Source: the human T2T-CHM13v2.0 reference genome, Homo sapiens. From it: a DNA stretch of 64,000 bases. Both the position numbers and the translations under genes were made by a program. Of the stretch, positions 28,167 through 41,576 are shown in pieces. Position 1 is the first letter of the stretch. Every line of letters starts with the position of its first letter. The stretch is taken from assembly GCF_009914755.1 (NCBI RefSeq), contig NC_060931.1; one strand, given 5' to 3'. Under the pieces are notes generated by a model, which was given only the letters and a program-made list of their open reading frames with translations, made no database searches and was not told the DNA's origin.

Positions 28167-28514
28167 AGGGTTTTAATAGGTGGGTTCTAAGTTAAAAAAT
28201 CAAAAGAGCAGTGTCCTGAGGCAGTGTCTTTAAAATTATTTTTAAAAGTAAAATACTTTAATAAGAAAAATGCATTTAACTATGCATGTGTGTTTCTTGA
28301 AATGTGTTTTCACCTTTCAATGTGAATACATAATTTTAGAGATAGCTATGACATATAGAAAACAATTTGTAAGCCACGATTTACAGAAAAATATACAAGG
28401 AGATGTTAATTGATTATAGTCTATCACTTGAACGCTGACAAAACCTATCAATTTCTGCAGAATGTGTCAGTCTCACCTTGGGAGGGGCAATGAGTCACAT
28501 CACTTGGTTAAATT

Positions 28515-28740
28515 GTAGGAGAATGTAGGCTTTGAAGTCAGACCTGGCTTGGACCCTGACTCCTTTATTCTCTAGCTACGTCTTGCACTAAGAAAGTTCC
28601 CTTAACCTCTGATTTGGGGTTCCCTATATAAAAATAGTTACGGCAATATGGTAGAACCTACCTCGAAAGATTTTTGTGAAAGCTAAATTAGAAAGCAGCT
28701 GTTCAGTGATGCACACATAAGCAACACTGGGAAGTATTAT
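28515..28740 (+). mobile_element. MIR
   Basis: GGCTTTGAAGTCAGACCTGG...CTAGCT...CCTTAACCTCTG. Confidence 0.6.
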
Positions 28741-28999
28741 TTTCTTTATTATTTCCTTTCAATACATAAAAACCTTTGATTAGGAAATTTAGACACATTA
28801 GAGCTTTTCAGTATGACATACTTTAATTATTGCCCTTAAAAGTAAACTCTAATATTTGAAAGGTCAAAGAACATTTTATGGTGGTTTTATTATGCAGTAG
28901 AGAATGCCTTCATAGCCACAACTTGCACTGAAGTATGCTATTTCTAAATAATATAGCATTCAAATCAATAAAGAAAAGTCAGTGTCAAATAACAGGTTT

Positions 29000-31020
29000 T
29001 AGTCACCCTCCTGAGGAGGCAATATACAAGGAGAAGCAAAAACAATGGACCACAGATGTTAACACGTTTTTGGAAAATACGTGTTAGGGAGAATAGGGAG
29101 GAGTAGCTCCTGATGTAGAAGATGAAACAAAGCTTACAGGCCACCCAGGAAGAGTGCCAACAGGAAGCAAGTCCCAGGAAATCTATGGACCTGGGACACC
29201 AGGCATTGTTCAGGGGACTTGTTCAGACCCTGTAGATAGAGCTGGGAGTTCCAAAGGGCCCCTGCATTTCACAGGATCAGGCAACTACCCTTATCTTACC
29301 TTCTATCCCTGAAGGAGAAGGAAGCTGTTTCTCCTTTGGAGAAATTGGAACTGAAAAGCTACTTATTCAGGCAAAGAGAGAATTCTAAAAGCAGGGAAAT
29401 AAAGCGAGAGTCAGCAAATGGAATTGAAAGTCCCTAGCCCTGCCTTCTCTTCTCTTAAGACTCCAGAAGCTAGGCATAAATCTCCCAGGCAGGAGAGAAG
29501 AGGAATGACATCCTCAGGAAAAATGACTTCAGTTACTGACATTGTGGGTCACCCAGTGAAAAATTCCACTCATCACTGACTATCCTTTAGAGAATTCACT
29601 AACAAGCTTTACCTATACACACAGAACTTTCATCAAGTTTCTTAACTGCCTTAAATTTAATGAGAATGTTTAGCTAAGAATTCGATATTTAAGAGAAACT
29701 TTCAGTATAAAGAGACCCCCAAAACAGAAAAAACATGAAAAAAAGGAACATAGAGAAAGCAGAGAAAAATGTAGAAGACAAATTCTAAAAACACAATAAC
29801 TTTTGACCTCAGAATGTAAGAAGATATTGCATCATGAAACAAGAATAAGAAGACATGTGAAAGAAACACCAGAAAGTTTAAAGTGGAATTGAAAATTAAA
29901 GTTAAGATAACAGAGTGAAAATTTTCACTTGAGATTTAAAGGTGAAGGGTAAATTTTAGGAAATTACATAGAAATTAGAAGAAAATAATGAATAAAAATA
30001 TTTAAAATGAGGAAAATAATGCAGAAAATGAAATATATGACCAACAGAAGTCAAAGAAAGTGAGAAGAGAGAAAATGCAGATGAGCTAACTCTCAATAAG
30101 TTTTCCAGAACAATAAAATACATGTTTTGAAAGGGTACATTGAATGCTTTGTGTAATACATTTGAAAAGAACAACAATAAAGAATATGATTACAAAATTT
30201 CATTTGGGCAAAGAATGTATATTGAAAGTTCCCAAAGGAAAAAAAAAGTAGGTTGTATACAGAAGACTAGAAATTTGGCCCTTTGAAAGCTAGATGACAG
30301 TAAAACAATGTCTTTAAAATTCTGAGAGACGTAATATTCAGCTTACAAATTTTTACCCAAACTAACTATCAATCAAATATGAAGGTAGAATAAGGGCATT
30401 TTCAGACAATTAAATGTCACAGAAATTGGCTTGTCTCATCCCCATTCTTGAAATGCTATTGAAATATGTGCTCTTTCAACAGAAAGAGTAAAATTAAAAA
30501 AAAAGAGAGAGAGAGAGAGAAGAAAACAGAAAAAAAGGGAAGACATGAGGTCCAGGAAACAGAATATTCAACATAGAAAAGATAAGAAGGGAATGGTAGG
30601 TGACAGTTTTGCAGTAGGAAAATTCAACTGATATATTATCTGATTGATTATTATTATTATTATTTGAGACATGGTTTCACTTTGTCACCCAAGCTGCAGT
30701 GCAATGGTGCAATCTCAGCTCACAGCAGCCTCAACCTCCCAGGCTCAAGAGATCCTCCCACCTCAACCCCCAAGTAGCTGGGACCAGAGGCATGCACCAC
30801 CATACTAGGCTAATTGTTTGTATTTTGGTAGAGACAGTGTTTCACCATGTTGCCCAGGCTGGTCCCCAACTCCTGAGCTCAAGCAATCCACCTGCCTCAG
30901 CCTCCCAAAGTGCTGGGATTATAGGCATGAGCCACCACACCCAACCTTATCTGATGGATTATTGACCTTATAAAACATCCTTTGAGAATATTCAGTGATA
31001 TGTGAATAAAAATTAAGCAA
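29000..31020 (+). mobile_element. HAL1-like (ORF1-only L1 relative), decayed
   Basis: A-rich ORF1-like region ending GAAAGCTAGATGACAGTAAAACAATGTCTTTAAAATTCTGAG followed by AAGACATGAGGTCCAGGAAACAG. Confidence 0.55.
30650..30946 (-). mobile_element. AluJ
   Basis: GGCTCAAGAGATCCTCCCACC; TSD TTATCTGATTGATTATT / TTATCTGATGGATTATT. Confidence 0.95.
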
Positions 31021-31059
31021 ATAGAATTTTAAAAATATATTTTTTTCTGAAGTTAACAG

Positions 31060-31892
31060 AAACATATGTTTATGAGAGAGAGAGAGAAGAGATAGAGAGA
31101 AAAATAGAATTGGCTCATGAGATTATGGAGGCCAAGAATCCCCATGATCTGCCATCAGCAAGCTGGAGAAAATGGTGGAATTCAGTTTGAATCCAATGAC
31201 CTGAAGGGCCTCTTGTCTCCCACTGGCTGAAACCAAGGAAGTCGAGAAAAGTGCAGTTCTTTGGTGGTGTGTGTTCACAAGCCTAATCTAGTCAGCTTCA
31301 ACAACCTTTGAACTTGTTTTTGGAGAGACAAAAAGTAACTTGTATGTTTTGCTACATATTACGCCAGATTTTTTAAAGGGATGATAAAGTAGATTGTGCT
31401 GGGAAGCATGCCAGGTGTGGGCCTAGTTGTTCCCATGTGTTAAGATAGTCACTTACTTCTGTGTGTTGCTATCCACCCCTCTTTTCCTTTAAAAAAGCCA
31501 GTCATATTCCAAACTTTCTGTCTCCTTTAAAGGAAAATGAAACCATCATAGGTACTGGAGAACAATAAAAGGGTTATATTCTTAAACACACACACACACA
31601 CACGCACACACCAAAGATGCCAGTGGCAGGGGGCAGGAGAAGATGGATGTCCCAGCTCAAACACAGAGAATAAATTGGCCTTTCTTCTCCCTTTTTCTTT
31701 TTTTTTTTCAGACCCACAAAAGGTTGGCTGAGGCTTACCCATGTGGGTGAGGGTAGACCTTCTTAACTCAGTCTCCCAATTCAAATGCTAATCTTTTCTG
31801 GAAACACCCTTATAGAGAAGCAGAATAATGTTGTACCAGCTACCTGGGCATCCCTTGGCCCAGTCAAGTTGACACATAAAATTAACCATCTC
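31060..31892 (-). mobile_element. MLT2 (C/D-like) LTR split by a ~400-bp foreign insert
   Basis: GAATTGGCTCATGAGATTATGGAGGCC left half; GGGCAGGAAGAAGATGGATGTCCCAGCTCAA...AAATTAACCATC right half. Confidence 0.85.
31207..31611 (+). pseudogene. Candidate retrocopied mRNA 3'UTR fragment (parent unknown)
   Basis: Non-repeat-like sequence inside an LTR, ending AATAAA (31564-31569), 14 nt, then AAA(CA)n. Confidence 0.4.
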
Positions 31893-32747
31893 CATATCCC
31901 TCAACCACCTGCCCCTCATGCAAATGTCTTACAAAACCATAATATAATTATTGAAACCTTGGAATTATTCTTGATAAAATCTGTTAACCTATAAATCTGA
32001 CTTAAATTTCCACAGTTTTCCCACCAATATCTACAGAAGCAATGCAAACAAGGTTGCTCCTTAGAGACCCTTTCCAGGAACAGTTGTCAGTATATTTTCA
32101 TAGCATTTCCCAATGGACAGTATTATTATTTATTAATATGATCCAATATATACCCAAAAGTTTTATTTTCTTTTTCATTTTTATAGATGGCAAAAACACA
32201 TTGTCATTTGCACCCTCCTCTAAGTCTCTATTTTGGGAACCCTGTTTGGATCACAAGGCCAGAATAAAAACACCAATGTCATTAGTTTGGGAAATAAGTT
32301 GATTAAATATGCAAACTATATGAAGAAAATGAACAAATCTTGCATACTAGGCTTGAAATTCCAAAGTTATAAACTATAAGGAACTCAATTATACTACTTA
32401 CAAATATAGCTTTATATGACGAATAAATCATTTTAATTGATTGAAATGTACCAAAGGCTCTTAGAGCTCACAGTTTGTTTGCAGTTAGGTTAACACTGCA
32501 AGTTACCATAGATATGGCAACTCACACCAATGCCAATCTGTGTGAAAATGGTAATTTTCTTGTATATTTTAGCAATGAGACAAATGTTTAGACATTTTAA
32601 TAGAATTTTCTTAATACTATGCCTTGATATTTTTTAAAAAAGAGTCCATTAAGATGACCAAAGTCTATTCCTAATCATTGTTTTACTATTTCAAATAAAA
32701 TGTCAGGATCTTAGAACAGTAGGGGCAGGACTCTAAAATCCTTCTGG

Positions 32748-32955
32748 CAGGACTGGCTACATAATTTACAGATCCCAGTGGAAAATGAAAAGTGAACTCC
32801 TTTTAAAAAAAAGTCTTAAGAATTTCTAAGGACGGATGGCAGAGTATTAAACCAAGTGTGGGGTTCTTCTAAGTGTGGGGCTCTGTACAACTGCACATGT
32901 TGCACAGCTATGAAGTTGCAACAAAGATTGCACAGATTGTACATCTATAGCCCTG
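32748..32955 (+). mobile_element. MER45A-like hAT-Tip100 MITE
   Basis: CAGGGACTGGCTACATAATTTACAGATCCCAGTGGAAAATGAAAA...AGCCCTG. Confidence 0.7.
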
Positions 32956-34471
32956 CCTCCTCAAGGAAATTACTCAAAAGACTTGGTTGGTTCTATTGGA
33001 GAATTCCTGATTAAAGGGACTTCCTACTACCCAGCATGTGCCTATGTTGATTGGTTCAAATCACTCTCAAACTCTTTTCAAACCTCCCTTTACTTTCCCT
33101 CAAGCTTGTTATCTGTCCCTAACCCAACATATCTACTTTGCTGAGAAAATTAAAGCCATCAGACAAGAACTACCTTAATTTCTCCCTAGAAAACATGCAA
33201 ATATATCAGTATCCACATCCGTCTTTCCTTCCCTCCCTTCTTGCCACCTAAGGCCGGTCCCTTTTCCCTTCAGTTATAGATTTTGTGCCCATTCACCTTC
33301 TCAGGAAATTGTCAGTGTTAGTTAATCTTTCTCCATCTTAAATATTTAGCCTCTCCTTTTCAATTCAATCCTTCTCATGACTTATACACAAGTTCAAATC
33401 TCTCTCTTTTTATCAAACAAATATATGGAAATAAATCTCCCTTGAAACCACACCTCCAAACCAACTAAAATCTTATCTCATTCTAACCTTTTGTAGCTAA
33501 GCTGGCAAATTTTCTACATTTGCTGTCTCATTTCCTCACCTCAATTCCAATCTGGCTTTTGTCCCCTCATTCTATGGACCCAGATCTCCCTAACATCATC
33601 AGTTACACCTATGCTGTTGAATTATTCAGACATTTCTTTATCCTTACTGTACCTTAGAATCTCAAGAGCATTCTAACCAGCTAAGCAGACCCCACTGTTC
33701 CTCGCTATCACACTTTCCCTTGGTTTCCATAACCAGACAGTCTCATGCTTTTCCTCACATTCCTCTAGCTTCTTCTTTGCTGCCTTCTTCTCTACCCAAC
33801 CCATATTCAGTGGGCACCATCAAGGCTTGGCTCCAGGCTCTTCCTTCTCTCACTGCATATTCTCTCCTTAAGGGAGCTTATCTAAGCTTCAATTACCACA
33901 TGTATAGCAATGATTCCCAAATTTATATATCTACCCTGACCTCTCCTCTGTACTATATAGACTGATAGACTTATCTACCCACTTGACATTTCCTATAGGA
34001 TACCTTTAAAATTACTTAAAATTCATGTTTCTTTGGCAAAGCCATGATTTTCCTGCCTGCCTAATCATGCCTAAATCTGTTCTGTTTGTAGTGTTTTCTA
34101 TCTCAATGAATGACATTGCCATCCAATTTGTTGTGCAAGCCTTCATACTTCCCTCCATCACCTTCTGCCATTAAAGCTATCAACCTGTCCTGGGCAGCTC
34201 TACAATACCTCCTAAATGTTACTGAAGTCTCACAATTTTCTTCCATTTATATTAAAATCATTTCAGCCCAATGATTTCCCCTTCATGATCTGCCTATCTA
34301 CCTGTCCAATTTCAGTCATACCATTGGCTCCTCCTCATTCTCAAAACTGCTGCCCTTACTGTCACTCTCACCATGATTTTCTTTCTGTTTGGAACAGCTT
34401 TGCTTTTCCTCTTCTCTAATTAACTCCTATTCATCTTGCAAATCTCAGCTCAAGTGACACTTAGGGAGAAT

Positions 34472-35048
34472 TGTATTATTCAAGGTTTGTATCTATAAGC
34501 GATAGAAGCATTTTCTGACCTAAGCAGAAAAAATAATGTATTAAAAGGATATTGATACCTCACAGATGGAATGGTTATGCAGTCTGGAGAACCAAGTCCT
34601 AGTATTTAGGAATAACATGCTAACCACTCTTAGACACTGGTCTGGAGAAGAAACCTCTACCATCATCATTAAGCACTGCATGGTAGAGTTTGTACCACTG
34701 CCACTTCTGCATCACATCAATGTGAGAGGGAAAGGTTGGGGTGGAGAGAGAGGGGAGAGGGAGAGGGAAAGGGAGAGGGAGAGAGAGAGGAAGAGGGAGA
34801 GGGAGAGAGGGAGGGAGGAGGGGGGAGAGAGAGAGAGAGAGAGAACGAGAGAGAGAGAGAGAGACACCCCATTGCATCCTAGTTACAAGGGAAGCGGGGA
34901 AGGCAAGTATCTGACATTTTCAGCCTCTAGAGTGCTAGAGTGGGAGGCATTTTATGACTCCGCCAAGGCTTATCATGTAGCAAATTCTCCAAACATTTGA
35001 AGGGAGCTCAGATGTTGGGTAGTGAAAAAGAAGTACAAACTCTATACA
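34472..35048 (-). mobile_element. Old MaLR LTR (MLT1K/L-like)
   Basis: ATCCTAGTTACAAGGGAAGCGGGGAAGGCAAGTATCTGACATTTTCAGCCTCTA. Confidence 0.55.
34742..34864. repeat. (GA)/(GGA)-rich polypurine tract
   Basis: ~120 bp almost pure purine. Confidence 0.9.
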
Positions 35049-35942
35049 AGATTTCCCTGATCTCCTTGGTTAAATTAAATTCCGTTACTAACTATCATTG
35101 CAACATGTACTGCTTTTTAATAGAACTTGTAACGGTTGGAATTTTACATTTATACATGTTGCAATTTGCTGTGTGCTCACTATCTATTTCCTTCAATATC
35201 CTGCCAACTCACTCAGAGAGGGACTCTGCGTATTTTTGCTCACCTGTGTATTCTCAACACTTAATACATTATAGGTGCTCAAAAAATATTTCTTGAAAGA
35301 ATATTATTTAACCTATAAAAATTAATTCTACCCATGTAGATTAAATAAACATAACAACTTCTTTTATTCAGCAGATATATGTTGTATGCCTTTCCTTCAC
35401 CCTTTTAAACCAGATGGGGAAAGCATCCTACTGCTGTCCTGTTGTGAAAGCAACAGAAGCTATTTATTTTGCAGGCAGTCCTTCACAGGAACAGCCATTT
35501 GGGTGAATTTTAAAATGCCTTCTGCACCGAGCCAGGACATACAATGGTTTCTTTAATCCCTAAAGTAAATATGGTAGCAACCCAAGCATTAAGAGACTTT
35601 TACATAAAACTACATTGTGCTCCTTGCACATTCCCCTTTCATCCTGAGCTGAAAAGCATTTTTGGATTCTTTCATTCTGCCCTCAGGGTAGCAGCACAGA
35701 GAAGAGGAAGTCCCAGCCAGATTCGCCTGGTGAAGTTAAGTAAGTCCCAGAAAAGAAATGTTGATACCAACAGAGCTTTTGGTTCTTATATTTTAATGAC
35801 CATATACTGTTTAAACAGTGCGTGCTGTTTCCAAATTTGCGTTCAGGCTTAAATGTAAGTAATCCTAGAGAGATAAAAATCCTCGAGGATAAAAATCCTG
35901 GAGATATTAGTTTTGCACAAATTTTGCTGTGACAATATACCA

Positions 35943-36367
35943 TGTATTGGTTTTCAAGGGCTGCCATAACAAAGTGCCACAAACTAAGTGGCTTACATGA
36001 CAGAAATGTATTGTCCCACAGTCCTGGAGGGCAGAAGGCTGAGATTAAGGTTTCTGCAGGGTTGGTTCATTCTGAGGGCTGTGCCTCCCTCTTAGCTTCT
36101 GGCAGCCTCCGGCATTCTTTGCATGTAGACGGCATTCTTTCTGTGTCTTCACATCCTCTTTTCTCTGTAAATGTCTGTCTCTGTTTCACAAATATCCTCT
36201 TTTTTAAAGGACAGCAGTCATGTTGGATGGAGACCTACCCTAATGACCTCATTTTAACTTGATTACCTCTGTAAAGACCCTGTCTCCAAATAAGGCTACA
36301 TTCTGAGATTTGGGGAGTGAGGACTGCAGCAAATCTTTTTTGGGTGTACAGAATTCAGTTGATTACA
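35943..36367 (-). mobile_element. MLT1B/C-like MaLR solo LTR
   Basis: TGTATTGGTTTTCAAGGGCTGCCATAACAAAGTGCCACAAACT...AAGACCCTGTCTCCAAATAAGG. Confidence 0.85.
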
Positions 36368-36919
36368 TAACCTAATTTGAGAAACCTCTGCAGCAGGCAG
36401 ACCATCTACAATGCAGGTTGCAGGACAAGATACTCAGTGGAAGCAAAGACATTGGTCAGCGGCTGACAGACTAAGAAAGAACACTACAGACAGGATCAGC
36501 TCAGCTATCAACAGCCACAATGCACATAAAAGGAGCATTATACCCAGAAAAAAGGACTAAGCTTCGGCCTTCTCAATTTCACTCATGCCCTCAGAAAGCA
36601 GCACCAAAAACATGCCGATTTTTAAGAAATGAGACAAACCATTGTTCTAATCTTGTAAAGTTTTCGAAATGAAATAATGCATTAGTTAAGGAATTACACA
36701 TTATGGAAATAGTTAAATAAAATCAAATATAATTTAGCTATTTCCTTGCAGAAGACTTTTAAAAATGAAATGGTATCTCTGGTTCATCGTGGGAAATGTA
36801 CATGAAATTGTCCTGAATGGTTAAAATCATACGTACTGTACACAGTCAGTTCTATGCATCTTTACTACATAGACCCTGTTAAGGATGAAATTTTATATTA
36901 GTTAGAGTGATTCTTGCAT

Positions 36920-37780
36920 TAATGTTTGTCTGCCTGACTAGAATGTTACCTCCTATAGGCAAGGAGCACATTTTTTATTTTTTATTTATTTATTTATTTT
37001 TTTGCATGTTTTTAGATTCTCAGCAATGGCCACAGGTATTGGCACACAGTATGGCCTCAATAAATATTTGTTTATTATGAAGAAATAAATGAATGAATTC
37101 ATTTATTATTCAAGGGTTGCATTATCCATTCATTCAATTATGTATAGATAATAATGTTTACTGTTCTACCAGTACAGCTTAAGAGGTGCTAGAGAGGTTA
37201 TGATGAAAAAGAAGCAATATTTGCTTTCATAGAGTTTAGGATTTATAAGGAGAATAAGAATATTTTTTTAAAAAATGTTAAAAGTACAATACACAGTGGT
37301 GAAACACAAAAACACTGAGAATGGAGTAAAAATGCTATAAACATGCAGAAGGTAGGAGAAGCTATCATGCTCTGAGAGCAGGGAAAAAAGTTTATGAGAG
37401 AAACAACATTTGAGATAGCTCTTAATGAATGGGTAGCAAATAAAAATGATTTTGAAAAATAAAAATGATAATAAAGGGAAAATGATGAGAGAAATGACCA
37501 AAAGTGATGCCTCTATAACAGCAAGTAGTTTTGTTGCAAATAGTTATCATGGCAGAGAAAACTGAAACTAAAATAGGTAGTTGTTGACAGTAAAAATGAA
37601 AATTAGACTGAGATCCTTACTTATCAGGATGAAGAATTTAGGTAACTTTTATGATGGGGAGACAGTAAAGATTTTTTCACAGACCACTGACTGTTTCCTT
37701 AGGAAGATTGTTTGGAACCTGTGAGTAATATGGGTTTGAATAGAAGTGAGTGAAGTGAGGAAGATTATTTAGAAAGCTGC
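36920..37780. mobile_element. Two L2 3' ends tail-to-tail (+ to ~37096, - from ~37097)
   Basis: TGGCACACAGTATGGCCTCAATAAATATTTG...AATGAATGAA abutting TTCATTTATT...CATTCATTCAA. Confidence 0.55.
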
Positions 37781-37789
37781 TACCCTTGC

Positions 37790-38910
37790 CCAGGCCAAAC
37801 AGGTTTTGTAGGGCCCCAAAGCTAATGCAGTTTGGACACTTTAAAAAAACGAATACAAAATTGAGTTTCAAACTAAATTTTTTAAAGAAAATAATTATGT
37901 ATTTTAAAGGCTAAGAAATACCATAATTATGAGCAAAACTAAAAAGAAATCAGAATATTTTAATCAACAACCTGACACATTTTATAACATTTTAATTTCT
38001 TACACTTTTTAGCTATGTATTCATTTAATTGCCTCTTCCTATGACATGTGACATAAGTTTCTATAAGGAGAACAGAAAGATGATTTACTTTTTTCTGTGG
38101 TATGATTAGTAATAGTTTAAAAAACAATTGATAGTTTAGGAACTTTCTTCCAATTTTACAACTTGTTCCTGCTAATTTCACACTAGGATGGCCTCTAGTA
38201 TGTTTGAATACATAAAACATACAACTTTGCCCAGAGACGTACTTGCTCTTGTTTTATGCCCGGAAATCTAATAATTCTATATCACAAATTAGCCATCAGA
38301 AAAGAAAAAAAATGGCATGTTTATGTTTGCAGATGCTGAATTATTGAATGTATTCTTGGCAAGACAGAACTTGTCAAGAACCGATTCTTCCACTTCCAGC
38401 CACACACAGCTAATTATTGAAAGAACTTACCCCATTTAAAAAAGCTTCTGGCTCTATACCTTTCAATATTTTGTTTCATCCCCTAACTCTGCCAGTGCTG
38501 GAAGCCTGAGAACATGTTCATATAAAGGTATGACCTCTGTTCTATCTCACAAAGCTGGTTGAGTCAGCATCGTAGGGAATTGGTGTATTTCTAAAAACCA
38601 GTCCTATACCAGAGTAACTGGAAATAAATTAGTTACCCAAAGAACTGACTACAAACCACTTAGCATACTGCACAAAACCCAAAACCCAAACTAAATGTAT
38701 CTCCACCTCAATTCCATCTTATCTGTATTACAAAGTTCCTGTAATCATTCCAATGCCACCTGACAAGGGAGGGTGGGGTGCTCCTAGGGGACATGTGATG
38801 GAAGGAAAGTAGAATTGGAGATAGTGGTCTTAACCATTTGCAGATAAAATGTCTTATTTTTGAAAATTTATTAAATTATATGACCTAGCGAATATTTTGC
38901 TAGGGCCCCA
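37790..38910. mobile_element. hAT-Tip100 element (Zaphod/MER115-like)
   Basis: GGGCCCCAAAGCTAATGCAGTTTGG...GAATACAAAATT start; AAATGTCTTATTTTTGAAAATTT...ATATGACC...TTGCTAGGGCCCC end. Confidence 0.5.
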
Positions 38911-39423
38911 GGATCCCAAAAATCCCTGCTTCCTGGTATTTAGCCCATTGTGTAAGCCGTTCTTCTTGAGTGTAACCTGGCCTAGTGGCTTGCTCTAACC
39001 AACAGAATGTGAGCAACGTGATGGGATTAAGACACATAAGTCACTACTGTCTTGCTAGCTGATTCTCTTCCTTGCTGGCTTTGATAAAGCAAGTTGTCAT
39101 ATTATGGAGGCTCCTGTGATAAGGAATTAAGGGTGGCTTCTGGCTAACAGCAGGAAGCTGCCAGACCAACAACCCTTGAAGAACTTAAAATTTGTCCACA
39201 ACCTCATAAATTTGGAAGTCAGTCCTTCCCAAGTCAAACCTTCAGATGAGACTCCTGCTCTGGCCAACTCCATGATTGAAGCCTTATGAGAAAACTTGAA
39301 CCAGAGGGCCCAGCTAAGCCATACCTTGATTTCCAAATCAAAGAAATTGAGAGACAAAATCTATGCTATTTAAGTTGCTGAACTTGAAGTAATTTATCAA
39401 ACAGCAACAGAAAAAGTAATGCA
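38911..39423 (+). mobile_element. MLT1E/F-like MaLR LTR
   Basis: GCTGGCTTTGATAAAGCAAG...CAAGTCAAACCTTCAGATGAGAC...CAGCAACAGAAAAAGTAATGCA. Confidence 0.75.
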
Positions 39424-40849
39424 GGTACCTTCCAAGGTCTTGGGATGGTAAAAAGGAAGGGCCACAAAGCTTATTTGCTTCATGGCAAATTGGCCCCTGC
39501 ATATGAACCCAAATCAGGGTTGTGGCCATGGGAACAACATGTTATAATCTTATATAATCACACTTTATGCCTTATTATTTGTAGCATTTCATCTCTGGGC
39601 AGGCAGCATGGGTTTGGTGTGGATGATTGCTCAATTGAGTAAAAGATAAATATTCATCTGGCAAAGGTAAGAGGTTAGGTAGAGACAGGTTAAGGAAATA
39701 AGTTTTTTGAACAATTTATGAAATTAGGACATTTACATGAAATAATATATATGAATTAGGGGGAGCATGGCAGACACCTGAAGTTAGAGGATACATGCTT
39801 AACAATCTCACTGGCATGATTTTATGACTTTCTCTCACGAAGTTTGGCAGCTTTGATGTGGAAGCTGAGCAAAAGAAAGGCAGAGTTACCTAATGGTGAG
39901 AATTTGGGATGTGGTCATGGGATTCTGGCCCAGTTGGATGGCAAGTTAAGTTAAGAAAAGGTGATGTAATAGAAGAATGGAAAAATATATAGGGCTTGGA
40001 AGTCACAGTGCAATGAGAAAATAAGTTCAGTAGATATAATACAGGAAGAGGAGAGAGGAAAATACGATGTGGTCAGAGAAAAGATTTTTGGGAGTTTAAG
40101 AAATTGGGATGTAATACTTTAGAAGGATTATAAGTTGGGTTTCCCATATAGGTGTGTGGTAGAAATGGAAGCAAAAGGAAATGTGGTGAAGTTTAAAGCA
40201 ACAAATGATGACACCAGGGTCTCAAAATTGTCCTCAAATTTTTTTTTGGAGATACAAAAGATAGTTATGTGGACAAGGCATCAAAAGATTACTGTGAGCT
40301 AGACATATTCCATCAGTATGAACTTGTCTATTTTTTACTTATGAAAATATGGCTTTTTTCCCAAGTGGCACATCTAATTTAATATTAGTCCCATTGTCAA
40401 AACACACCCTATCATTCTATTAATAACAAAAAACAAAAGAAACCTGTATACTGAATCATTGTCAGTTTAAGAAATACAAATAATATTTTTCCTAAGATTA
40501 ACAGCATCTACTTCCTTGAGCAGCTGTTTTATGTTTTATCTAATTGATTTCAACAAATTGCTTCATTAACAGACACCATAGACAAGTCATCTGAAATTGG
40601 TTATCAGTGGGGACACAGGGACAAAGTTCCTGTCTTAATTCCATCTCTTGCTTCTACAGAGAGAAAGCTTGGATAGGCTATTTTGGCCAATAAGCATCAC
40701 TCCAGGGGTTGAAATGAGGATTTCATCTAGGGTTACAGAAGCTGAAATTCCGGGAGAAGATACAAAACTGAGTGCTGAAAGGAAAATGAAGGTTAGTAAG
40801 TCATAGCAGCAAGTCTGAATTGGTCTCTAATAATGTTGTAATTGTAAAG

Positions 40850-41368
40850 GTTAACCTTCATCTTTGAAAGATCCCTCAGTATTTGGATAAATTCCCAGAC
40901 AATGAGACCTGCTTCTTTGTTATGTCACAACTCAAATTTTGAGGCTTGCCGGCAGATAAAATGCAGACGCTGGGCCTAGGCTACATGTATCAGAAGCAAC
41001 GAGAGGGGATTGGCTTTGAGGGAAACTTCCATTTTGGCGGAGGCTGCCACAGCAGATGTATTCAACTTTCAGTCTTGGCAGTGGAAGGGCAGTTTCCCAG
41101 AGGGTTCGAGGCGGAGTTCCTGGCACAGAAGTAGCACCAAGGGGGTGGCATCTGCCAAGTTTCCTTTAGTACTAGGTGGGAAGGCAGCAGCGACAGCAGG
41201 TTTTTTCATCAGGCCAATTCTGTCATGAGGTTTTGGGCTTTTGTCCTGAAAAGTTAGCCTGAAGTCTGGTTTGCTAGCCTTCCTAGCAATTTTGAGATTT
41301 TTAAATATGCTTTAAATAAACTTTTTTTTTCTTAGTCACCTGTTGATTGCATCTAAGAGCCTGACTTA
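40850..41368 (+). mobile_element. LTR33-like ERVL LTR
   Basis: CCAATTCTGTCATGAGGTTTTGGG...TCCTGAAAAGTTAGCCTG...TTTAAATAAAC...CTAAGAGCCTGACT. Confidence 0.55.
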
Positions 41369-41576
41369 CTTTTCTTATTAGAGTGGGGATATCAGGAGGA
41401 CTGCCAGATGGCATTTCTAAGCACATGCTTTTGCCTGAGGATGGTATCTGTGTTCATTTCTCAATGGATCGTGCTACATTTAAATGAACAGGATGAGCTC
41501 AACAACCCCTTTGATTCAGGCTTCCATGCTAAATGGGAAGGGGGTGTTATTATTAGATAAAGCCTACTGGAAGACT

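Larger units (their letters stand above)
33060..35295 (+). mobile_element. L2 LINE (ORF2 remnant to 3' tail), interrupted by MLT1
   Basis: TACTTTGCTGAGAAAATTAAAGCCATCAGAC; GATTCCCAAATTTATATATCTACCCTGACCTCTC; tail ATAGGTGCTCAAAAAATATTTCTTGAA. Confidence 0.75.

Noticed and set aside
34566-35000. 144-aa ER-rich ORF
   Set aside because: Translation of the (GA)n tract within an LTR
41130-41185. CTCF-like GC-rich motifs (also ~2045 and ~19345)
   Set aside because: Only partial matches to the core; not supportable from sequence alone
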